DNA from: a virus
Reading direction: 5' to 3' (one strand)
Virus record (IMG/VR): IMGVR_UViG_3300028840_002190
DNA: 64,000 nucleotides
Below the pieces are notes generated by a model. That model ran no database searches, was not told the DNA's origin, and saw nothing but the letters and a program-made list of their open reading frames with translations. How positions within the stretch are numbered: the stretch's first letter is position 1; every line of letters begins with the position of its first letter. A program made the position numbers and the translations under genes. Below are positions 47,737 to 56,608 of the stretch, in pieces.

Positions 47737-48990
47737 CTATTCGGCTGACTCTTTGAGCTTTTTCTGGACCAGGGCGTCAACGACGCGCCCTGTGAAGTAC
47801 CCGGAGAGGAGACCACCTACCGCACCCTTACCTGCACCTGCAAGGGATTTACGCAGGGTACCCTTAGGCATCCGGGAGAAGAGGGTTTTAGCCGACGGGG
47901 TATTGCCTGTATTCTTGAACCCCTCGAGGCGTTCGATCACAACCTTCATCGCAGGATCCAGAGCTCCAGAAAGCGCTCCCGCTCCGGCACCTGGTAGGGC
48001 TAGGCGCTTCGTGAAATAGCGGTCGGGAATTGCAGACTCTTCTTCAGACTTCTTTAAGAGACCCTGTTCCTGAGCACGACGTCTAGCAATGCTAGTCCCC
48101 ACAGCTGTACCGATTCCACTCCCGTACCCGGAACCGAACAACGCCGACTGTAACGAAGGGCCAATCAAAGATTTCCACTTCCCCGGCTCGCGTAGCATAG
48201 GACTCTTACGGAGGGCAAGAACAGGAAGTGCAGCCCCTAGAAGCGCACCAATACCTGCACCCCTCAAGCTCCCCTTTCCCACCGGACGCATCGCTTCATC
48301 AATCACGCTACGCTTATGCTTGCGCTTTTTAAGCGACCTTCGAAGACTCTTAGCTCTTACAGCGCCTCCATACGCAGCAGCCAACCCTCCTAGAGGGTAC
48401 AGGGGAGACGTCACTACCCGATACGCAACATTCTTCGGCTGGGACTTCCATCCGGGTCCTCGTGTCCAGCTCGAAGAGGGACGCGCCTTACCCGAACGGA
48501 CATCCTTGGCATACGCCTTGGCGGTGTTCTGGTCCTTTAACCATTCCGACTTCTCAAACTGAGATTGCCAACTCGGAGAACTCTTCTCCCACCCTTTGGG
48601 GAACATACCCTCGATATCCGCATCAGAAGGAGAGGCGTAACCCATCCGCTTAGCTACACGTTTAACGTGTGACGCAATAGTCGGGTCGACAGCGGCCCAC
48701 TTGAGCATCATGTCCCAGTAGCCTGCGGTCTTGACGCGCTGAATAGGGGGAGCCTTTATTCCTCGACGCAGCATGTCCTTCTGACGCTCAATCTCAGCCC
48801 ATACCTCTTCCGCACTCTGGAAGGGCTTCCCGGTAGTAGGGTTAATAGCACGATACCCCACTTTTTCAGCCGCCTTCTTCACTTTATCCGGAAGATCTTT
48901 CATATCGGGAGTATGGTCAGCCCAGCGTTCAGCGATGCGTGGGTGTTCCGAAAACATGAAACGCTGCTGCGCTTTAGATTTGAAGGGCAC
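47737..48990 (-). CDS. Basic multi-glycine-zipper protein (putative internal virion protein)
   Basis: MPFKSKAQQRFMF...HP...RWA N-terminus; KKAA, EKVG, VKTA, LKWA; several GxxxG tracts. Confidence 0.7.
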   Translation of the reverse strand: MPFKSKAQQRFMFSEHPRIAERWADHTPDMKDLPDKVKKAAEKVGYRAINPTTGKPFQSAEEVWAEIERQKDMLRRGIKAPPIQRVKTAGYWDMMLKWAAVDPTIASHVKRVAKRMGYASPSDADIEGMFPKGWEKSSPSWQSQFEKSEWLKDQNTAKAYAKDVRSGKARPSSSWTRGPGWKSQPKNVAYRVVTSPLYPLGGLAAAYGGAVRAKSLRRSLKKRKHKRSVIDEAMRPVGKGSLRGAGIGALLGAALPVLALRKSPMLREPGKWKSLIGPSLQSALFGSGYGSGIGTAVGTSIARRRAQEQGLLKKSEEESAIPDRYFTKRLALPGAGAGALSGALDPAMKVVIERLEGFKNTGNTPSAKTLFSRMPKGTLRKSLAGAGKGAVGGLLSGYFTGRVVDALVQKKLKESAE

Positions 48991-49063
48991 CTACTTCACC
49001 TTCTTCTCTTTCGGAGACACGAAAGTAATCGTCACCGCCTCACCTCTCCAAGCACCCCTGGGT

Positions 49064-50080
49064 TTATGTGTTGGCTTTGATGTGGGTTGCGATTTCTTCT
49101 TTGAGCGCATGCCACGACGCCTTCTTCTCACCCCTCTTACCCTCGAGTTCCGCCTCCATTTTTCCTAACGCGGTGTAGTACTCGGGGTGCTCTTCGAGAT
49201 GATCTTTCGCGATCTCCTTAGCCATAGCAGGGTCGGGGGTGTGTTCCTTCTCGACCTCGATGCCCCGACGGAGCTGGGCTGGGGGGTACGAACTGTCAGG
49301 CTTGCCTTGAGCCTCTCCTCCCGGGATGGACTCTTTAGCCTCTTTCTCTTCCTCAGGACCGCCTTCTACGGTGTCCTCTGGTGGCTTTCCGGTAACCTGC
49401 TGGGCCGCAAGCTGATAGATCAACTCTTCCGCGGCGTGCGGACTCACTCCCCGGGATTCCGCCCACTGATGCAATTCGTAGTCCTCCGGAGTCGGGTTCT
49501 GTCGGAGGAACTCTCGCACCTGCTCCATCGTCACAGGATTTCCCTCCGCCTCCTCCTGTTCCTCTTGAGCTTCCACACCATCAAACGCAGACTTCACAGC
49601 CTCTGCCATCCGGCCAATCGGACCCTTCCCCTTACCTACCTCCACCCCACGACCCTTACCCTTGCTGCGCTTCTTCTCTCCTGGAGTTGAACACAAAGCC
49701 GCACCCATCTTGGCCTGGATGTAGTTGGCCAAGAGGTTCGACTGTGACTGCTGAGGAGTCATGGGTGCAGGCGCGGGAGCTGCAGCTTGCTGCCCTCCTC
49801 CACCTGTCGGGGTTCCCTGCGTCTGCACCTTCACAGCGTGTAGCTCTTCCGTGTGACGCATGCGCTGCTCGTGGAGTTCCTCTTTGTGACGGAGAGCCTG
49901 CTCCTGGGATTCGAGCTTGAGCTTGTGCGCCTCTTCAGCCTGAGGATCAGGCTGTTGCTCGGACTGTGGAGCAGGAGGCGTCGTCATCGGGTCAGAGCGA
50001 GGTTCTTCGTACGTGGAAGTACGGGATACGTCTTCGCTCTGTAGCGGCTCCGCTGTTTTTTCCCAGAAGTGGTAACGCAT
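49064..50080 (-). CDS. DUF5661-like domain protein with KxA motifs
   Basis: Start MRYHFWEKTA; RGIEVEKEHT...AKEIAKDHLEEHPEYYTAL DUF5661-like motif recalled from memory. Confidence 0.65.
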   Translation of the reverse strand: MRYHFWEKTAEPLQSEDVSRTSTYEEPRSDPMTTPPAPQSEQQPDPQAEEAHKLKLESQEQALRHKEELHEQRMRHTEELHAVKVQTQGTPTGGGGQQAAAPAPAPMTPQQSQSNLLANYIQAKMGAALCSTPGEKKRSKGKGRGVEVGKGKGPIGRMAEAVKSAFDGVEAQEEQEEAEGNPVTMEQVREFLRQNPTPEDYELHQWAESRGVSPHAAEELIYQLAAQQVTGKPPEDTVEGGPEEEKEAKESIPGGEAQGKPDSSYPPAQLRRGIEVEKEHTPDPAMAKEIAKDHLEEHPEYYTALGKMEAELEGKRGEKKASWHALKEEIATHIKANT

Positions 50081-50090
50081 CACGCAACTC

Positions 50091-50882
50091 CTAACGGCGG
50101 AACTTAGAAAGAACCGAATCTGCAATCTCGGAAGCTGCTTTCTGCACAGCAGGAGCTTCCACAACAGCCGACTGCTCGGGCTTCAGCTTTCCGATTCCCC
50201 AGTTGGTCCAACCCCCTTTGGTGCCTTCCAACTCTTCATCAAGTGGTGTGAATTTACCACCCCAAGGGTTCCACGCGTTCTTACCTTCGCGATGCTGTTT
50301 TTCGACGTACGCCTGATGACGTGCGGAAGCGACAGGATTTCCTCCGAGACCAAAACGGAGTGCTTTGAGAGGAGACACGACGGCATTGGATTCTGTTCGG
50401 CCACCCGAAGATCCGTGAGCGAGTGCCCCTTGCTCTTGCTGCGCTCTAGCTGCGGCAATAAGCGCGTTCTTTTTAGCCGCAGCTATATCCGCGTCAAATT
50501 GGTGACCCTTTTCCGTAACCGCGAACGCCACCTTCCGGAGAACTTCATCCGCGAGTTCAGAAGCGGTCTTCTCTTTCTTGTTCTTGGACGCCAGAGCAGC
50601 CGTAGCCGCACCTGTGCCGAGGACGCCCGCGCCGATACCAGCGGCAGCGTAGGGGCGCTTCTTAGCCATCATCTGCAATGCCCCTCGTCCAGCTTTCCCC
50701 GCAGTAGCGCCAACAGCTTCACCTACGGGAGCAGAACCGTCACCCCCGACACCCCTGGCACCCTTGGCAGCTCCACGCCCAACATCCTTGGCGACTGTAC
50801 CAACTGCCTGACCCGCGCCACGAACCTTGCTCATGACTTTCTTCGCGATCTCGCTCGCGCTCGACGCCTCTTTGCTGGACAT
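50091..50882 (-). CDS. Ala/Gly/Lys-rich protein with three ASE[IL]AxxV[LM]xK repeats and a glycine zipper
   Basis: Start MSSKEAS with AAGGAG RBS. Confidence 0.7.
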   Translation of the reverse strand: MSSKEASSASEIAKKVMSKVRGAGQAVGTVAKDVGRGAAKGARGVGGDGSAPVGEAVGATAGKAGRGALQMMAKKRPYAAAGIGAGVLGTGAATAALASKNKKEKTASELADEVLRKVAFAVTEKGHQFDADIAAAKKNALIAAARAQQEQGALAHGSSGGRTESNAVVSPLKALRFGLGGNPVASARHQAYVEKQHREGKNAWNPWGGKFTPLDEELEGTKGGWTNWGIGKLKPEQSAVVEAPAVQKAASEIADSVLSKFRR

Positions 50883-50937
50883 GATCAACTCCTTTTTACT
50901 AAACGTCGTTTTTTTATCGTCCCTACGACTAGACGTA

Positions 50938-50947
50938 CCAATTATAC
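50938..50947 (-). promoter_or_regulatory. GTATAATTGG -10-type element
   Basis: Between the terminator and the 50882 start. Confidence 0.5.
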
Positions 50948-50957
50948 GAGAAAACCC

Positions 50958-50986
50958 CAAACCAAAAAAGGAGCCGATGCTCCTTT
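50958..50986 (-). terminator. Intrinsic terminator
   Basis: AAAGGAGC/GCTCCTTT stem with 4-nt loop, then a T-run on the minus strand. Confidence 0.7.
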
Positions 50987-51000
50987 ACGTGGTAATTCTC

Positions 51001-51495
51001 CTACGCGGCGGAAGCCGATAGAAGTTTGAGAATGGCTTTCTTGGGAGGAATCTCGTCAGGCAAGTGTAGCGCGAAATTCTCCAGGATGTGTGGAAGTCGC
51101 ACTACGTCCAAGAACGGAGAGATGCTCTGGTCCACCCGGCTGAAGATATGATGTTGTAGCCAAGGGTCCAATCGTAGATTCAAGAATATATGCTTTAGAG
51201 CGTTCTTGTACTGCTCATCAGCCACGTACCCTCCAGCAGGAGCGTGCCGGGTCTCCTTTATCATCATACCGTCAAGCAATGCGTACTCCATCTTCACCAG
51301 GAAACTCAAGTGTGTCAGTGCTCTCCCGACATCAGCAATATGCCCCTCTCGGATTTGGAAGACGAAAAGCTCTGGACGGGTTTTGTGTTGGAAGAACTGG
51401 ACTGCTCCGCGGAACGTGTTGAATTCGTCCTTGAGGAGGTTGCTGACCTCTAGCAGTGTCTGGACTTGTTTAAAGATCCGGTCTCGACGTGACAT
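51001..51495 (-). CDS. Hypothetical protein
   Basis: 164-aa ORF. Confidence 0.55.
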   Translation of the reverse strand: MSRRDRIFKQVQTLLEVSNLLKDEFNTFRGAVQFFQHKTRPELFVFQIREGHIADVGRALTHLSFLVKMEYALLDGMMIKETRHAPAGGYVADEQYKNALKHIFLNLRLDPWLQHHIFSRVDQSISPFLDVVRLPHILENFALHLPDEIPPKKAILKLLSASAA

Positions 51496-51523
51496 GGGAA
51501 ACGCTCCGAAGGTTGAAGGTTGA

Positions 51524-52009
51524 CTACTGAGGCTTGTTCCTCGTAGTCGACTTCTTCTTCGGGGCTTTCTTATTCGGAGCTTTCTTCTTCGGGGCCGCCT
51601 TGGGAGGCACGGAATCCACGTGCAGGTCCCCCCGCGTCCCGGTCATCTTGTTGTAGACCTGGGAGATGACCGAACGCCGACGTGCGTCCATGACTACACT
51701 GTCAGGAGCTGCCGGGACGTTCTGGAGGGCTCTCTTGGCGCACTCCACGCCGAAGTGGATCAGGACCTCCCCCGGCAACATGTTGTAGGTCTCGGCCACC
51801 TCCCGAATGAAGTTGGCCTCCTCTACGGTCATGTGGACCTTCTGTGTCGAGATGAATGTTCGCGCCTCCCGGTAGCCCACACCGTAGATCGACTCGATCT
51901 CCCGGAATGTAGCTCCCAGGTTGAGCTTCTTGAGAATGCGCTCGATGAGCTCGGCTCTCGCCTGAGCCATCGCTTGCTCCTGCGCATTGATGTTCGGTTT
52001 GGTTGGCAT
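51524..52009 (-). CDS. Hypothetical DNA-binding (HTH/RHH-like) protein with a lysine-rich tail
   Basis: GATFREIESIYGVGYREA HTH-like segment; PKKKAPNKKAPKKK; AAAGGAG RBS. Confidence 0.55.
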   Translation of the reverse strand: MPTKPNINAQEQAMAQARAELIERILKKLNLGATFREIESIYGVGYREARTFISTQKVHMTVEEANFIREVAETYNMLPGEVLIHFGVECAKRALQNVPAAPDSVVMDARRRSVISQVYNKMTGTRGDLHVDSVPPKAAPKKKAPNKKAPKKKSTTRNKPQ

Positions 52010-52039
52010 TGTCGCACGTACTCCTTTCCGTAGCTGTCC

Positions 52040-52453
52040 CTACTCCAGAGAGTAGAGCTTTCGGCCATCTCGCTTCCCGGAGGTTTTCACCTTCACCGGA
52101 GGATTCTTGGTCTTGCCGTGGGTGATCGCGTAGAGCGCCGAACAGACCGCCGTGGAGAGGCGCGTCTGACTGAGCTCGAGGTTCTCCTCCGAGAGAATCC
52201 TCGCCTTGACCTTGTCAACGAGGTCATTCGACGTGAACTTCCCCTTCATTGAAGGAAGCTCTCCGTAGATGTACTCCGACATGGTCTTCTTGCGCGGCGA
52301 CTTCCCCTTCCCAGCCTTCAAAGCGCGCGGCTCCGACGCGTCCTGCATCCGGAAGGACGCATGCACCTCCAACCATGCCTCGAGACGTGCCTGCGCCTCC
52401 AGAATGATTCCCTGCTGCTCTGCGATCTTGTTCTCGACCTGCTCAATGTTCAT
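52040..52453 (-). CDS. Coiled-coil plus winged-HTH-like hypothetical protein
   Basis: N-terminal coiled coil; FTSNDLV...VCSALY. Confidence 0.55.
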   Translation of the reverse strand: MNIEQVENKIAEQQGIILEAQARLEAWLEVHASFRMQDASEPRALKAGKGKSPRKKTMSEYIYGELPSMKGKFTSNDLVDKVKARILSEENLELSQTRLSTAVCSALYAITHGKTKNPPVKVKTSGKRDGRKLYSLE

Positions 52454-52474
52454 TGGATAGAGCCTCCCTCTTAG

Positions 52475-52975
52475 CTAGTAGCCCCTCATGAGCTCCGCGT
52501 AGTCGAACTTGTTACCCAACACCATTCTGATATTTGTCTGGTTGTACGCCCACCCCACTACCTCTTTATTGAGTAGGTGGACGTGGGTAGGAACGTATTC
52601 GTTGTTGTGTGCGAAGCGGATACCTTTCGCTGTTGGGCGGTACGTCCCCGCTTTACCGCCAGCGCGATTAGTACCGTCAGACCTCTCTACCAGTCCCCAG
52701 TACTTCAAGAACCCACCATCGGTCCCCCCGGCTCTCAAGTGTCGATCCCCCCTGATAAGCTCGATGGTCTTGTACCAGCGAGGGTCATCGGTGTACGCCT
52801 GTACGAGCTTGATCAGGAAAAGCGCCATCTCCGAATGCATCTTTCGCCTGTAGACCTGCACATGACGATTACATACGGGACAGGTTGTTCCCTGGGGATC
52901 ATCAGCTGCTCGGCGTACCTCCGTCTGTAGCTGTTCCAACACATACTGACGAGTAGTCTTCTCTGACTCCTCCAT
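52475..52975 (-). CDS. Phage winged-helix-like hypothetical protein
   Basis: CPVC...YRRK; LKYWGLVE...YRPTAKGIRF. Confidence 0.6.
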   Translation of the reverse strand: MEESEKTTRQYVLEQLQTEVRRAADDPQGTTCPVCNRHVQVYRRKMHSEMALFLIKLVQAYTDDPRWYKTIELIRGDRHLRAGGTDGGFLKYWGLVERSDGTNRAGGKAGTYRPTAKGIRFAHNNEYVPTHVHLLNKEVVGWAYNQTNIRMVLGNKFDYAELMRGY

Positions 52976-53049
52976 GAGGTGCCCTCCTGCATAGTTGAAA
53001 TGTGGGGTTACCCTCTTCTACCAAGAAGAAGGCTCAGATCTTGGAAAAA

Positions 53050-53385
53050 TCACTCCGAGCACGCCAGGAACCACTTAGGAGGAACGTAGTCGACACCGAA
53101 GGACTGAAGAATGTCCTTGAGCTCATCCCTCTCCGGCGGCTTCATCTTCTGTTCCTGGACTCCTTTGGGATTGATCATCTTGAACGGGTCGGGATCGGTG
53201 TGGTGGGCTGTGAGACGTGCAAGACAGAGGTACGCGCTGAAGCGACCTCGAGACTGTCGAAGATGGAGCTCCCACTCGCTCCCGACAAAGTTCTCATCAA
53301 AGAGGTACGAGTAATCCGTCTTCACCTTTCCATTTTCGTACTGTTGGACGGGTAAACGAACTCCATAGAAAAGCACTGCTTTCAT
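53050..53385 (-). CDS. Hypothetical protein
   Basis: AAGGAG RBS, 111 aa. Confidence 0.6.
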   Translation of the reverse strand: MKAVLFYGVRLPVQQYENGKVKTDYSYLFDENFVGSEWELHLRQSRGRFSAYLCLARLTAHHTDPDPFKMINPKGVQEQKMKPPERDELKDILQSFGVDYVPPKWFLACSE

Positions 53386-53403
53386 GACACGAACTCCTTC
53401 TTA

Positions 53404-53730
53404 CTAAAAAAGCGGCGCATCCGTGTACGCCACTAGATCCTCACGATTGAGCACGTAGAACTTAGGGGACTCTCTAGCCTGCGCCTCTCGGAGCGCCTCC
53501 TCCTCAAGAACGACCCACGGGTCTCTGCAGCAGCCCATGGAACAATCCTGCACCGACACCATGACCTGACAGGGGTCTTTAGGCAGGTGCGCCGGGACAA
53601 ACCACAGTCGGATTCCGAGTTCTCTTAAAAACGAATGTAAATGTGTAAAAGGGATGTCCAGAGAGTACGCCCCAACGGGGAGGCTAAAGTCGTCCAACAT
53701 CAACCATCGAACACGTTTAGGACTCGCCAT
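53404..53730 (-). CDS. Hypothetical protein ending YTDAPLF
   Basis: 108-aa ORF. Confidence 0.6.
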   Translation of the reverse strand: MASPKRVRWLMLDDFSLPVGAYSLDIPFTHLHSFLRELGIRLWFVPAHLPKDPCQVMVSVQDCSMGCCRDPWVVLEEEALREAQARESPKFYVLNREDLVAYTDAPLF

Positions 53731-53746
53731 CTTTACCCCGTAAAAC

Positions 53747-54187
53747 TCAGAACACAGGAGCGTCTGTGTAGGGCATAGCTAGCGTACGTTTTACGTAGTA
53801 CCACTCTCCCCGCGTTGTTCTTTTAGTTACGTTGCCCGTGGAAGTCGAGTGCCACAACACGAGAACCTGGTGTCTGTCATCAAAGAGCCATCCAGAGTAC
53901 GCACCCATCAACGCGCTATGCGCCCAAACAACAAAGTATTCAGGAGGAATACCCGAGTGTTTCTTGTGGATGAGGTCCGCCAACTCCTGCGTCGTGAGTT
54001 CCTTACCGTACCGCAACATCCACTCACGCAAAGGCTCCCCGCTATCCGGGAGCTTAAACCTGTACGTATTTTCCGAGGCCATCGGAACAAACTCCCTTGC
54101 TGTAGGTTTTGGGGGGATGTCAGTCGCTACGAGAATGTAGCGAACGACCTCGCTGAGGAACTGGAGGCAGAGCGCTAAGCATCTCAT
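53747..54187 (-). CDS. Hypothetical protein ending YTDAPVF
   Basis: 146-aa ORF. Confidence 0.6.
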   Translation of the reverse strand: MRCLALCLQFLSEVVRYILVATDIPPKPTAREFVPMASENTYRFKLPDSGEPLREWMLRYGKELTTQELADLIHKKHSGIPPEYFVVWAHSALMGAYSGWLFDDRHQVLVLWHSTSTGNVTKRTTRGEWYYVKRTLAMPYTDAPVF

Positions 54188-54437
54188 TGACCAACTCTTT
54201 CGGTAAGACGTACGCCTCGGAAACGCTCAAACCAGAAACGCCTACAGGGAGAAAGAGTTCATCCGTACGGTCATGAATGAGCGCCCGCGGAGGATCCGAT
54301 GTCGAATAAACCACGTGCACCAAGATAGAGGTGTCCGCATCTACGTCCTCGAGCTGCTCAAAAGACTCGAGCTTCATGCCTGCCTGTTCGATGAAAAAGG
54401 GCACGTTGATGTGCGGAGGGAACTGTAACCACAGCAT
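54120..54437 (-). CDS. Hypothetical protein
   Basis: GAAGGA RBS, 105 aa. Confidence 0.5.
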   Translation of the reverse strand: MLWLQFPPHINVPFFIEQAGMKLESFEQLEDVDADTSILVHVVYSTSDPPRALIHDRTDELFLPVGVSGLSVSEAYVLPKELVNEMLSALPPVPQRGRSLHSRSD

Positions 54438-54526
54438 GTCTTGTCCTTCCGAGAGTTAAAAATCTGTAGCGCAGGCGAAAGCCTCTATGCGCAGTACAGT
54501 CTTTTACCTACAAAGGCGACAGCTTT

Positions 54527-54712
54527 TTAACGCGACCTCCGGTAACGCTGTACCTTAACCGGAGAATTGGGACACTTGATCTGAACGGAATCGTGCCACC
54601 CGTCACTCCCGAGATAGTCAACGGAACAATCCGGATAACGCATTCGTGCGTATTTGACGGCTTCAGGAGTACAAGCAGCAAAAAGAAGAAAAAACACGAG
54701 AATCCAACGCAT
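54527..54712 (-). CDS. Small lipoprotein
   Basis: MRWILVFFLLFAAC lipobox; TAAATG junction with the upstream gene. Confidence 0.6.
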   Translation of the reverse strand: MRWILVFFLLFAACTPEAVKYARMRYPDCSVDYLGSDGWHDSVQIKCPNSPVKVQRYRRSR

Positions 54713-55327
54713 TTACAGTTTATCCATCGCGCTGCTCTTGCCTTCGGAGAACGTGGCGGTGGCACGCGTTGGTTTGAACGCACCCGATCCCTTTGCTAAG
54801 TTTCCAGCCGTGTAGCCACCCTCTCGTCCCGCAGCGCTTCGGAGAGACTTGGTGATCATGTTCGGCTGTTGAATGCCCAGAGCGAACTTGTGCATCACAT
54901 CTTCATACCCCCTGCGGAAGAACGCACTGACCTTGATGCGACTAGTGTTCGCCATTCCGGTACCCTTGAAGACCCCCATGTGCCCCGTACTAGGAGTGTT
55001 GAACGACGTGGTCGTCTTGGGGCCTTCGACAGACGAGTAACCAGAATTCGACGAAGAACTGCCACTAGTACTCTCCGCGCTCTGTTTGTCCATGTGCTTA
55101 CCTAGACGGTGTCCAAGATACGAACCTCCGATACCCGCAGAAGCGCCTAACGCCCCCCCACCGAGAACCCCCAAAAGGAGTCGCAGTTTGTCAGAAGGGA
55201 TCTTCCGCGCAATCTCAGGAGACAATCCTGCAAGCGTAGCTCCTGAAAGCGCTCCGAGGGCTCCTGGGACTGCGCCGGAACCTAACGCGTCGAGCGCGGT
55301 GTAGTCTTCAGAACTCTGCTTGGCCAT
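54713..55327 (-). CDS. Glycine-zipper protein with KQS/KVS/KFA motifs (putative internal virion protein)
   Basis: AAAGGAG RBS; GAVPGALGALSG, LGVLGGGALGASAGIGG; AFFRRGYEDVMHKFALG. Confidence 0.65.
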   Translation of the reverse strand: MAKQSSEDYTALDALGSGAVPGALGALSGATLAGLSPEIARKIPSDKLRLLLGVLGGGALGASAGIGGSYLGHRLGKHMDKQSAESTSGSSSSNSGYSSVEGPKTTTSFNTPSTGHMGVFKGTGMANTSRIKVSAFFRRGYEDVMHKFALGIQQPNMITKSLRSAAGREGGYTAGNLAKGSGAFKPTRATATFSEGKSSAMDKL

Positions 55328-55360
55328 AACGGACTCCTTTCCCCCTTGGCGTCAAGAACC

Positions 55361-56608
55361 TTACTCTTCGCCATAACCCGGCTCCACTCTTCCACCCAAC
55401 GGATGGATCTTGATGTCCCCCTTGAACGTGTGAGGGATGATTCTAGTAAATATCTCTTTCAAAGATCGAGTCGACGGCTTATACAGCGCTTTCTGCAGCT
55501 GCTTGTCCAACGCATCTTCAGCTACGTACTTGTACTCAGGATGGAGTTTCTCGAACTCCTCGATACGCTTACGGGGCGCAAAAACGTATCCCTTGCCGAT
55601 ACCGAGACGTCGAGCCGTCCCTGACTTTCGAGGAGCCACGATGGCCTCGTCTCGAATGAGATTGAGGAACGGAGAGTCCTTAGCGGTACGACTTATGGTT
55701 ACAAATCCTACATCCCCATACTCCGGATCCCGGAGCAGCCCATGCCGCGTAGCGTAAACCGTGTTCTTGAGATGTTGCCTAATTTTATCCAGGGACGCCT
55801 TAGCAGCGTCCTCGCGCCTGCCCGACTTCCCGGTCTCGAAATCCTTCAGTAATCCTCTACGGTACAGCTCTGTGGCGGGCAATGCGCCGCCTATGTCGAG
55901 AACCTCGCTGCCAGCATGTGTGCGATGACCTACTACGTCCTTACGTTTCAAGAACCGAAGTAGTCTTTGCCTATCCTCTTCCAACGTAGGATCGACCACG
56001 TAGGAGAGCTTCTCCCGCGAAAGAGTAGGCACCCCCATAACGTCTCGCATCTCACGCTTGAACCGTCGGTACCGGGTCTTTCCGAAGAGCGGAGTATCGC
56101 GCAGGAGCTTCTTTTTGGCTAAGAGTTGTGCCTTGAGCTCCGGATCCATCATAGAAACCCCGCGACGCAACTTAGTAGTGGCGTCCCGGTACTCAGCTCC
56201 AGGGCCCCCGTATGCAATAGCAAGGTCTACAGGGAAACCGCTAGCACCTGGCGTCTTCCGACTGAACACGGCGTAACCAGCCCCCGGCTTGTTGTAAGGG
56301 CTCGGTGCGAAAACTCCGGACTCGGTGAGATCCTGAAGCACTTTCCTGAACTGTTCTCGATCCTGTACGTCAGCAAAGAAGTCAATATCGACAGAGTCAG
56401 GCAAGTTGAGACCACTGTGCATTGACCCTGTAAGCTTGGGCTTTAAACCATACGCCTTTTGAAGGCGGTACGCTTCTCGGCGAATGCCTTTACGAATATC
56501 GTCAGGGTCGTACGTGTTACGCGTCTCAGGCGATACGAAAAGCCTATCGATCTTGTTCAGAAGAGAAGGCTTAGCAAGCTCACGGAGTCGGTCTTTAGAT
56601 ACGGTCAT
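55361..56608 (-). CDS. Pol-beta-superfamily nucleotidyltransferase fused to a putative ADP-ribosyltransferase domain
   Basis: G61-S62...D74-x-D76...D128 NTase triad; C-terminal H228-x-T...IGGAL, VYAT, YG, E321 ART-like pattern. Confidence 0.6.
   Translation of the reverse strand: MTVSKDRLRELAKPSLLNKIDRLFVSPETRNTYDPDDIRKGIRREAYRLQKAYGLKPKLTGSMHSGLNLPDSVDIDFFADVQDREQFRKVLQDLTESGVFAPSPYNKPGAGYAVFSRKTPGASGFPVDLAIAYGGPGAEYRDATTKLRRGVSMMDPELKAQLLAKKKLLRDTPLFGKTRYRRFKREMRDVMGVPTLSREKLSYVVDPTLEEDRQRLLRFLKRKDVVGHRTHAGSEVLDIGGALPATELYRRGLLKDFETGKSGRREDAAKASLDKIRQHLKNTVYATRHGLLRDPEYGDVGFVTISRTAKDSPFLNLIRDEAIVAPRKSGTARRLGIGKGYVFAPRKRIEEFEKLHPEYKYVAEDALDKQLQKALYKPSTRSLKEIFTRIIPHTFKGDIKIHPLGGRVEPGYGEE

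Noticed and set aside
48991-49110. 39-aa minus-strand ORF MRSKKKSQPT...KEKKVK
   Set aside because: Overlaps the upstream gene end, has a weak RBS and no motif; cannot be supported
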